Below are positions 24,400 to 35,629 of a DNA stretch of 64,000 bases, in pieces. Position 1 is the first letter of the stretch. The number at the start of each line of letters is the position of its first letter. Source of the DNA: Anaeramoeba ignava BMAN (Eukaryota; Protista; Anaeramoebae). The DNA is taken from positions 6,521 through 70,520 of the forward strand of contig JAPDFW010000025.1 of assembly GCA_028826165.1 (NCBI GenBank), read 5' to 3'. Under the pieces are notes generated by a model, which saw only the letters and a list, made by a program, of their open reading frames with translations, was not told where the DNA came from and did no database searches. The translations under genes were made by a program, and so were the position numbers.

Positions 24400-26560
24400 A
24401 ATAATTTTTTAATTAAAATTAATAAAATGAATTTAATTAAAATTAATAAAATAAATTTAATTAAAATTAATAAAATGAATTTAATTAAAATTAATAAAAT
24501 GAATTTAATTAAAATTATTTAAATAAATTTAATTAAAATTAATTAAAAATATTTAAATAAAATTAATTAAAAATATCTAAATAAAATCGGATAAAAATAT
24601 TTAAATAAATTTAATTAAAAATATTTAAATAAATTTAATTAAAATTAATAAAATAAATTTAATTAAAAATAATTAAATAAAATTAATTAAAATTAATAAA
24701 ATAAATTTAATTAAAAATATTTAAATAAAATTAATTAAAAATAATTAAATAAAATTAATTAAAAATATTTAAATAAAATCGGATAAAAATATTAAAATAA
24801 ATTTAATTAAAAATATTTAAATAAAATTAATTAAAAGTATTTAAACAAAATTAATTAAAAATATTAAAATAAAATCGGATAAAATTAATAAAAATAAATT
24901 TAATTAAAAATATTAAATAAATTTAATTAAAAATATTTAAATAAATCTAATTGAAAATATTAAAATAAAACTAATTAAAAATATTAAAATAAAATTAATT
25001 AAAAATATTTAAATAAAATTAATTAAAAATATTAAAATAAAAATTAATTAAAATTAATAAAATAAATTTAATTAAAAATATTTAAATAAAATTAATTAAA
25101 AATATTTAAATAAATTTAATTAAAATTATTTAAATAAAATTAATTAAAAATATTTAAATAAAATCGGATAAAAATATTTAAATAAATCTAATTAAAAATA
25201 TTTAAAATAAATTAATTAAAAATATTAAAAATAAATTTAATTAAAAATATTTTAAATAAATTTAATTAAAATTAATAAAATAAATTTAATTAAAAATATT
25301 TAAATAAATTTAATTAAAAATATTAAAATAAATTTAATTAAAAATATTTAAATAAAATCGGATAAAAATATTTAAATAAAATTAATTAAAAATATTTAAA
25401 TAAATTTAATTAAAAATAATTAAATAAAATTAATTAAATATATTAAAATAAAATTAATTAAAAATATTTAAATAAATTTAATTAAAAATATTAAAATAAA
25501 TTTAATTAAAAATATTTAAATAAAATTAATTAAAAATAATAAAATAAATTTAATTAAAAATATTTAAATAAAATTTAATTAAAAATATTTAAATAAAATT
25601 AATTAAAAATATATTAAAATAAAATTAATTAAAAATATTTAAATAAAATTAATTAAAAATAATAAAAATAAATTTAATAAAAATATTTAAATAAAATTAA
25701 TTAAAAATATTTAAATAAATTTAATTAAAAATATTAAAATAAAATTAATTAAAAATATTTAAATAAAATTAATTAAATATATTAAAAATAAAATTAATTA
25801 AAAATATTTAAAATAAAAATTAATTAAAAATAATAAAATAAATTTAATTAAAAATAATTAAATAAAATTTAATTAAAAATATTTAAATAAATTTAATTAA
25901 AAATATTAAAATAAAATTAATTAAAAATATTTAAATAAATTTAATTAAAAATATTTAAATAAATCTAATTAAAAATATTTAAATAAAATTAATTAAAAAT
26001 ATTTAAATAAATTTAATTAAAATATTTAAATAAATTTAATTAAAAATATTTAAATAAATTTAATTAAAAATATTTAAATAAAATCGGATAAAAATATTTA
26101 AATAAATTTAATTAAAAATAATAAAATAAATTTAATTAAAAATATTTAAATAAATTTAATTAAAAATATTAAAATAAAATCGGATAAAAATATTAAATAA
26201 AATTAAATAAAAATATTTAAATAAAATCGGAAAATATTAAAATAAATTAAATAAATTTAATTAAAAATATTTAAAATAAATTTAATTAAAAATATTTAAA
26301 TAAATTTAATTAAAAATATTTAAATAAATTTAATTAAAAATATTTAAATAAATTTAATTAAAAAATATTTAAATAAAAATCGGATAAAAATATTAAAATA
26401 AATCTAATTAGAAATAATTAAATAAAATTAATTAAAAATATTAAAATAAAATCGGATAAAAATATTTAAATAAAATTAATTAAATATATTTAAATAAATT
26501 TAATTAAATATATTTAAATAAAATCGGATAAAAGTATTTAAATAAATCTAATTAAAAAGT
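24400..26560. repeat. Degenerate ~24-bp AT minisatellite (AAAATATTTAAATAAAWTTAATT) with interspersed AAATCGGATAAA variants
   Basis: Direct inspection. It lies between the divergent ANK-HECT and kinesin genes. Confidence 0.9.
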
Positions 26561-26861
26561 TTTTTTTTTCTGACTGTTAAATTATTATTTTTTTAAATAA
26601 AAAAAATTAATTAAAAAATTCGTTAAAAAAAAAAATAAAAATAAATTTGAATAAAATTGTTTTTCTAACGAATATTAAATTTTAATTTCTAAATTAAACA
26701 AAATAAATCTCATTTTTTCTTTTCTTTGTTCTTTTCTTTGTTCTTTTCTTTTTAATTTTATTATTTTTAAAAAAAAATTAAATTATTTTGAAAAAATTTT
26801 TTAATCCAAATTTTTTTTAATCAATCAAAAAAATAAATAATTTAAAATTTAATTATTTAAA

Positions 26862-29800
26862 ATGAGTTCAAAAAATGAATCAAATTCACTTGGAGTTGCA
26901 ATAAGGTTTGTAATTTTTAATTTTTAATTTTAATTTTTAATTTTTAAATTTTTATTTTTAATTTTAAAAAGACTTAGACCTTTAATGGGAAATGAAAAAA
27001 ATAATCCCAAAATTGTTGAAATTCTTAATGATCAAATTGTTTTATTTGATCCTCCAACAGAAAAAGAGAATGAACTTAATTCTCATTCAAATGGACATCG
27101 TGTAAGAATCAATTTCCAAATCAATTTTTAAATCTAAATCTAAATCTAAATCTAAATCTAAATCAATTTCTAAATCTAAATCAATTTCTAAATCTAAATC
27201 AATTTCTAAATCTAAATCAATTTCTAAATCTAAATCAATTTCTAAATCTAAATCAATTTCCAAATCTAAATCAATTTTAATTTCTAAATCTAAATCAATT
27301 TCCAAATCCAAATCAATTTCCAAATCTAAATCAATTTTAATTTCTAAATCAATTTCCAAATCTAAATCAATTTCCAAATCCAAATCAATTTTAATTTCTA
27401 AATCAATTTTAATTTCCAAATCTAAATCAATTTCTAAATCTAAATCCAAATCAATTTCAAAATCTAAATATAAATCAATTTCTAAATATAAATCAATTTC
27501 TAAATATAAATCAATTTCTAAATCTAAATCAATTTCCAAATCTAAATCTAAATCAATTTCCAAATCTAAATCAATTTCCAAATCTAAATCAATTTCAATT
27601 TCCAAATCTAAATCAATTTCCAAATCTAAATCAATTTCTAAATCTAAATTAATTTCCAAATCCAAATCAATTTCTAAATCTAAATCCAAATCAATTTCCA
27701 AATCAATTCCAAATCTAAATCTAAATCAATTTCTAAATCTAAATCAATTTCCAAATCTAAATCTAAATCAATTTTAATTTCCAAATCTAAATAAATTTCA
27801 AAATCTAAATCAATTTCCAAATCCAAATCAATTTCCAAATCTAAATCTAAATCAATTTCCAAATCTAAATCAATTTCCAAATCCAAATCAATTTCTAAAT
27901 AAATTTCAAAATCTAAATCTAAATCAATTTCCAAATCTAAATCTATTTCCAAATCTAAATCTAAATCAATTTCCAAATCCAAATCAATTTCTAAATAAAT
28001 TTCAAAATCTAAATCTAAATCAATTTCCAAATCTAAATCAATTTCCAAATCTAAATCAATTTCCAAATCTAAATCTAAATCTAAATCAATTTCTAAATCA
28101 ATTTCCAAATCTAAATCAATTTCCAAATCTAAATCAATTTCCAAATCTAAATCAATTTCTAAATCTAAATCTAAATCAATTTCCAAATCTAAATCTATTT
28201 CCAAATCTAAATCTAAATCAATTTTAAAAAAAAATAATAAAAAGAGAGGATGCAGAGACAAAAAATTCTACTTTGATTACGCCGCTCATGAACACATCTC
28301 CCAAATGGAATTTTACGAAAAAACAGCGAAAAAAATGATTGAAGAAGATGGAGGACTTTTTGATGGATTTAACGTAACAATATTTGCATATGGAGCAACA
28401 GGAGCGGGAAAAAGCTTACGAAACAACGCCACAGTATACACACCAAGCGGACCCAAAAAGAACGGGGAACTCAAAGCCGGAGAACTCATATGCACACCGT
28501 TTGGGAAAACAAGTCGGATTGTGGAAGTCTTCCCGCAAGGCAAACTTGATATATACCGAATCCACTTCCAAAATGGTGATTTCGTGGATTGTAGTGAAGA
28601 CCATTTGTGGAACATCAACGACCATAAGTTCTCCCATAAAGATGTTCTCGTTGATACACGTTACATCATCGATAATATAGAACCAAACCGCTTTTCTGTT
28701 TCTGTTCCTGATCCTGTCCAATTTTATCACTCAAATGTTTCAGTTGATCCTCTTTTATTGATTTTTTTCTTGCTTTTTGGATCTTCTAATGATTCTAATA
28801 TTTCCTTCAATTTTGATGGCAAATTCTTGTTTTTATTCGAGCAAATTTACCACAAAAATGTCAATCAAATCAAAAATGATTTTCAAATTTCAAAATTGAT
28901 TAATCAAGAAAATCAAGCATGCACTTTTTCTCTCAATCCACGAAAAATACATGGATTACAAAAAACAGCCTTTTTTCAAGCCCTATCTCAACTCTCATTG
29001 GCAGGAAAGAAGCGCCAAGAAATGTTTATTCCTTCTGATTATTTGTACAACTCCATCGATATCCGATTGTCTCTTTTAAAAAGTTTATTAGAAATTTTCA
29101 GAAAAAAAGAAAATCAAATTGAATCAGATTTTGAGCACAAAATCACTTTGAAATCTCATCAATTCGCAAATGATTTCAAGACAATGATCCAATCATTGGG
29201 GGGTATTTGCAGGATACACAGAAAGGAAGAAGAAGAAAAATTTGAATGTGTTTTTTGGATTAGTAAGACATTGTGTGAAGAGAAGGAAGGAGATGGTGGG
29301 AGAGTAGTTGCAGAAGCGAATAAGAGGAAGAGAGAAGTTGTAAGAAGAATTGTGCGCGTGGAGCATGTTGGGAAGGATGATTGTCAGTGTATTCTGATCG
29401 ATGATCCAAAACATTTATATTTAACTGATAATTTCATAGCAACTCATAATACATACACGATGATGGGGTGCAGAGCGAACGAGAAGCCTGGGATCATGTA
29501 TCTTGCGATGAAAAGCCTGTATGAGAAAATCGCGATGAAGAAAGAAAACTGCAATTTCAAAGTGACTGTATCATATCTTGAGATTTACAAGGAGCGAATC
29601 CGAGATCTTCTGAATCCTGAAACGGAATCAAGTTTACTGGATATTCGGGAAGACAGTGTGAAGGGTGTAACGGTCGTGAATCTGAAGGAAGAAAAACCTG
29701 AATCTGTTGATGAGGTGATGGAGATCTTGAACCGGGGTAACAAGAACCGGACACAATCACGCACTGAAGCAAACGAGGTTTCCTCACGTTCACACGCCGT

Positions 29801-31271
29801 TTTGCAAATAGTAGTGGAGATGGCTGCCCAGAAATCGGACGGGTTCACAACAAATGTAAAAACCGCCAAGTTGTGTTTGATTGATTTGGCTGGATCTGAG
29901 CGCAGTTCCAAAAACAAAGGAGATCGTCTTATCGAAGGAGCAAAAATCAACAAGTCGCTTCTTTCTCTTGGAAATTGCATCAACGCACTTGCTTCTTCCA
30001 AAGGGAACGGTTTTGTTCCTTATCGAGACTCCAAGTTGACGCGGCTGCTTAAGGACTCTCTTGGCGGAAATTGCAAGACGCTGATGATTGCTAATATAAG
30101 TGGATCTTTTTTGCATTATGATGACACTTTCAATACTCTTGTTTATGCTTCTCGAGCCTCGAAGATTAGAACTACTCCTAGCTGCAATACCTCGAGTGTT
30201 ACTGCGCATATCTCTGAGTTTATGGGAATGATTAATTCCTTGAGACAGGAGAATACTGAACTGAAGGAGAAAATTCGCAAGATGGAAAGTGGTGGAGATT
30301 CTCTTCAAACTACTCAAACTAAGAATCCAGTTATTATTGAACGAGGTAATTTTTATATTAAAAAAAAAAAAAGACATCAACATGACATGAAGTAAATTTA
30401 TCTTTTTTTCTTTTATTTTTTGATCCAAAAAAAAAAAACAAAACAATTAGATTTGTCAAAATTCTCAAATTTATTCTCTCGAATACTCCAATTCAAAAAA
30501 CAAAAAGAAAAAACCAAAATGGATATTCTCTCGCTTCAAATTGATTCTCTCAAAAATCATAATTTGCAATACAATCAAATCAACCAACTCAAGCTCAAAC
30601 AATCCCAAATAAAATCCCAAATAAAAAACACTTACGAACAAATAGAAGAAGAAAAATCAAAACAAGAAGAAGATTTGGAATCAGATCCATTTTTTTCTCA
30701 AAAATTGGAGTTTTTGGAAACTAAGAATAAACTAGATATCAAAAACGAGGTACTTTTAACACACAAAAAGCAAATCCAAGAATGCGAAACATTCAGGAAG
30801 TTGTTTTTTGATCAACTTGATTCTTTGTGTTCTGATTCACAAGTTTCTAAATCTATTCAACATAAAATCAACAATATCAAATCTGAATGGCCAAAAATTT
30901 CTTTCATTTCGAAATCACCCAAAAAAGAGAAAACAGAGCAATCGGAACAAACTCAATTCAAAAAAATTGAAGAGAATTTTCTTAATTCTCCTCAAGTTTT
31001 ATTTGGATCTAACAAATCAAATCGAAAAAGATTAAATGAATATAATTCAAATGATAAAGAAAATCAAAATCCAAATTTGATTTCCAAAAAAAATAATATT
31101 TCATCAAAAAAATTTGAAATGAAACGTCCCAAATTCCGTTTACCTAAAAAAGGGAAAAATAAAATACAAGCACCAATGGGGCAACTTAAGTCATATAATC
31201 TTAAAACAAAAGGGAATGCGATATCAAACAGAAATAGTCAACCAACTCAAAAAATAAGTACAAAGAATTAA
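26862..31271 (+). CDS. Kinesin-8 (KIF18/KIF19-like) motor protein containing an intein; exons 26862-26905, 26972-27101, 28245-30345, 30451-31271
   Basis: VAIRLRP, FYFDY, FAYGATGAGK|TYTM, SYLEIYKE.IRDLL, NEVSSRSHA, LIDLAGSER, EGAKINKSLLSLGNCINAL and VPYRDSKLTRLLKDSLGGNCKT are all present. GATGAGKT and SLLxLGNCINAL are kinesin-8-like. Confidence 0.92.
27102..28244 (+). repeat. Intronic minisatellite built from AAATCT/AAATCAATTTCY units
   Basis: Fills kinesin intron 2 (GTAAG at 27102, AAAG ending at 28244). It is the source of the spurious (EIDLDL)n ORFs. Confidence 0.9.
28413..29450 (+). mobile_element. Intein (346 aa, Ser1 ... His-Asn, +1 Thr) with a degenerate LAGLIDADG homing-endonuclease domain
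   Basis: Block A SLRNNATVYTPSG, block B DCSEDHLW, and blocks F/G CQCILIDDPKHLYLTDNFIATHN followed by T. Removing it restores the kinesin Walker A motif GATGAGKTYTM. Confidence 0.95.
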
Positions 31272-31339
31272 CTTAAAAATTAAATTAAATTAAATTAAAT
31301 CTTTTTCTTTCTTTCTGTTTTAAATAAATAAATAAAAAA

Positions 31340-33620
31340 ATAAAAAAATAAAAAGTGGAACAAATAATTTTAAATTGAATTAAATTGAATTAAATATAAA
31401 TTAAAATAAATTAAATTCTTGTTATTTTTTAAATAAATAAAAAGTGGAACAAATAATTTTAAATTAAATTGAATAATTAAATTAAATTAAATTGAATTAA
31501 ATTAAATTAAATTAAATTCTAGTTATTTTTTAAATAAATAAAAAGTGGAACAAATAATTTTGAATTAAATTAAAATAAGAATTAAATTAAATTCTTGTTA
31601 TTTTTTAAATAAATAAAAAGTGGAACAAATAATTTTGAATTAAATTAAATATAAATAAATTAAATTCTTGTTATTTTTTAAATAAATAAAAAGTGGAACA
31701 AATAATTTTGAATTAAATTAAATATAAATAAATTAAAATCTAGTTATTTTTTAAATAAATAAAAAGTGGAACAAATAATTTTGAATTAAATTGAATTGAA
31801 ATAAATTAAATTATTGTTATGTTTTAAATAAATAAAAAGTGGAACAAATAATTTTGAATTAAATTAAATTAAATTAAATTGAATAATTAAATTAAATTAA
31901 ATTAAATTAAATTAAATTTAAAGTTTTAAAATAAATAAAAAAGTGGAACAAATAATTTTGAATTAAATTAAATTAAATTAAATTAAAATATAAAAATATA
32001 TTAAATTCTTGTTATTTTTTAAATAAATAAAAAGTGGAACAAATAATTTTGAATTAAATTAAATATAAATAATAAATTAAATTAAATTGAATTAAATTAA
32101 ATATAAATAATAAATTAAATTAAATTGAATTAAATTCTAGTTATGTTTTAAATAAATAAAAAGTGGAACAAATAATTTTGAATTAAATTGAATTAAATTA
32201 AAATAAATAAATTAAAATCTAGTTATTTTTAAATAAAAATAAAAAGTGGAACAAATAATTTTAAATTAAATATAAATTAAATTAAATTAAAATCTAGTTA
32301 TTTTTTAAATAAATAAAAAGTGGAACAAATAATTTTAAATTAAATATAAATTAAATTAAATTAAAATCTAGTTATTTTTTAAATAAATAAAAAGTGGAAC
32401 AAATAATTTTGAATTAAATTGAATTAAAATAAATTAAATTCTTGTTATTTTTTAAATAAATAAAAAGTGGAACAAATAATTTTTAAATTAAATTAAATTG
32501 AATTAAATTGAATTAAATTAAATTAAATATAAATTAAATTAAATTCTTGTTATTTTTTAAATAAATAAAAAGTGGAACAAATAATTTTGAATTAAATTAA
32601 ATTGAATAATTAAATTAAATTAAAATCTAGTTATTTTTTAAATAAATAAAAAGTGGAACAAATAATATTAAATTAAATTAAATATAAATAATAAATTGAA
32701 TTAAATTGAATTAAATTAAATTAAATTGAATTAAATTCTAGTTATGTTTTAAATAAATAAAAAATGGAACAAATAATTTTGAATTAAATATAAATTGAAA
32801 TAAATTAAATTCTTTTTATTTTTTAAATAAATAAAAAGTGGAACAAATAATTTTGAATTAAATTGAATTAAATTGAATTAAAATCTAGTTATTTTTTAAA
32901 TAAATAAAAAGTGGAACAAATAATTTTGAATTAAATATAAATTAAATTGAATTAAAAATTAAATTAAATTAAATTCTTGTTATTTTTTAAATAAATAAAA
33001 AGTGGAACAAATAATTTTGAATTAAATTAAATTGAATAATTAAATTGAATTAAATTCTTGTTATTTTTTAAATAAATAAAAAGTGGAACAAATAATTTTA
33101 AATTAAATTAAATTGAATTAAATTAAATTAAATTAAATTAAATTCTAGTTATTTTTAAATAAATAAATAAATAAAAAGTGGAACAAATAATTTTGAATTA
33201 AATTAAATATAATTAAATTAAAATCTAGTTATGTTTTAAATAAATAAAAAGTGGAACAAATAATTTTTGAATTAAATTAAATTGAATAATTAAATTAAAT
33301 TAAAATCTTGTTATGTTTTAAATAAATAAAAAGTGGAACAAATAATTTTAAATTAAATTAAATTAAATTAAATTAAATTCTTGTTATGTTTTAAATAAAT
33401 AAAAAGTGGAATAAATAATTTTAAATTAAATTAAATATAAATAATAAATTAAATTAAATTAAATTAAATTAAAATATAAAAATATATTAAAATCTTGTTA
33501 TTTTTTAAATAAATAAAAAGTGGAACAAATAATTTTGAATTAAATTAAATTAAAATAAATTAAATTCTTGTTATTTTTTAAATAAATAAAAAGTGGAACA
33601 AATAATTTTAAATTAAAATA
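31340..33620. repeat. Satellite of ~27 units (73-130 bp): constant ~45-bp core TTATTTTTTAAATAAATAAAAAGTGGAACAAATAATTTT separated by variable-length (TAAAT/TGAAT)n spacers
   Basis: GTGGAAC recurs at 31355, 31444, 31545 ... 33520 and 33593. Confidence 0.93.
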
Positions 33621-33798
33621 TAAATTAGTAATTATTTTAAAAATTTAATATATAATTACTCATGATGATTCACTTTTTTTAATAATGATGAGTCAATTTT
33701 TTTAATTAAAAAAAAAAAAAAAATAAAAATAAAATAAAAAAATAAAAATAAAAAAAATTTTTTTTTTAATTAATTTCATTTTTCTAAAATTTTCTTTA

Positions 33799-35384
33799 AT
33801 GATTTCGAGTTTAATTAAAAAACAACAAACAAAACCAAAACCAATTCCATTAACAAAAACACTTTTGAAAGCATTTAGTGTAAGATCAAAAGAAAATAAG
33901 AAAGAAAATAATAAAATTAAATAATAAAATAAAAGAAAAGAAAATATAAAAGAAAATATCAAAAAAGAATTCATAAACAATTCCAACACAACAAAATAAT
34001 AAAAGAATAGAAAGAAAAAGATTTAAAAATATAATTAAAAAAATGATAAAAATAATAATAATAAAAAAAAATTTTTTTTTATAATTGAATAACAAGTTGA
34101 CATTAACAAATTGATTTAATAATTATTTTAAAAAATACTTTTTATTTTTTTGACATAATTTAAATTTTAATTTTAAATTTTTAATTTTAATTTGATTTTT
34201 GATTTTTATTTATAAAAAAAAAGACCCAAACAAACTTTGATACAATCATTATTGGAGCTGGTTCAATCGGTGTTCCAACTGCAATGGAACTCCAAGAAGC
34301 AGGACTCAAAGTTCTTGTTCTTGATAAACGAGCATCACCAGGTCAAGGAGACAACAAATGCGCAATTGGAGGAATTCGAGCAACACATTCAAACGCATCA
34401 AAAATACTTTCAGGATTAAGATCATTAAAAATATTCTCACAATGGAAAGAAAAACACGGATTTGAAATAGAATGGAAAAAGGGAGGATATTTATTTCCAG
34501 TTTATCGAGAAGCGGAAGAAAAAGCGTTGAAATCAATTTTGCCGATTCAACAATCATTTGGGATGGAAATAGACTTTGTAAGTGCGGATCGAGTGAAAGA
34601 ATTAGTACCAGGAATTAACGAAAACGGATTACGAGGAGGAACATGGTCACCAAACGATGGTTCAGCATCACCAATGCTTTCATCATTAGGATTTTATAAA
34701 TATGCAACCGAACTTGGAGCACAATTTCATTTCAAAGAAGAAGTGATTGAGTTTATAAGAGACAGTCACGGGGCGTTAACAGGAGTTAAAACAGCACTTG
34801 GAACATATCACGCACCAATCATCATTGACGCAGCAGGAGCTGCATCACCAAAACTAATGAAACAAATTGGATTGAACCTTCCTGTCGAACCAGATTCGCA
34901 CGAGGCTGGGATCACAGAACCCACCGAGAAATTCTTCTCCCCAATGGTTGTGGACATGCGACCAGGCAAGGGATCCAAAAATTACTACTTCTACCAGAAC
35001 ATCCATGGTCAGGTCATCTTCTGCATAACACCCGATCCTGCTATAAAAGGTTTGGATCGCGAAGAAACTTCGGTCTTCCTTCCTCAGGTCTCTAAGCGAA
35101 TCATCGATCTCCTCCCTCGTCTCGCTAATGTCCGTGTTCGTCGTACTTGGAGAGGATTATATCCTATGACCCCTGATGGTAACCCCCTTCTTGGTTGGAA
35201 TAAAGAAGTCAAAGGTCTCTTTACTGCTACTGGTATGTGCGGTCAAGGCTATATGCTTGGCCCAGGTTATGCTACTGCTATCAGAAGCGCTATTACTAAG
35301 AAGGAAATGAGCAAGGATGATAATACTATTCTTTCTGCTGCTGACCCCCATAGAACCTTCCAGGGAACTGAAATTTTCAAATAA
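33799..35384 (+). CDS. FAD-dependent oxidoreductase (DAO/sarcosine oxidase beta/glycine oxidase family), copy 1, with a probable organellar presequence; exons 33799-33879, 34224-35384
   Basis: Rossmann motif DTIIIGAGSIG, R.WRGLYPMTPDG.P..G and GMCGQG.MLGP. Exon 1 MISSLIKKQQTKPKPIPLTKTLLKAFS is basic with no acidic residues. Confidence 0.9.
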
Positions 35385-35629
35385 TTTTTTTGTTCCTCTT
35401 TTTTTTTTGCTTTTTTCTCTTTTCTCTTTTTCATTTTCGCCTTTTTAGTTCTTTTTTTAACTCTTGGGTGACATTGACTTTTCTCAATTACATTCAATTT
35501 AATTCCTATTTTTTTTTTCTTTTTCTTTTCTTTTTCTTTTTCTTTTTCTTTAAAATTTCTTTGATAAAACGTCTTGATAAACCGGAAATTTTTCAATTCA
35601 ATTTTTTTTTTCATTTAAAACTCAATTCC

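Noticed and set aside
28413-29450. Spliceosomal or group I intron, or hedgehog-type Hint domain
   Set aside because: There are no GT-AG ends and the frame is fully open. The HN|T terminus and endonuclease remnants within a split Walker A motif identify it as an intein.
28313-30446. Antisense and alternate-frame ORFs over kinesin (likewise over the HECT, oxidoreductase, Nup107-like and RCC1 genes)
   Set aside because: Shadow ORFs of real coding sequence with no recognisable motifs.
30305-31271. ORF 30420..31271 as a separate gene
   Set aside because: Intron 30346-30450 (GT-AG) joins it in frame to the kinesin as its tail.
31340-33620. CRISPR array
   Set aside because: Spacers are low-complexity pentamer runs of variable length, there are no cas genes, and the context is eukaryotic.
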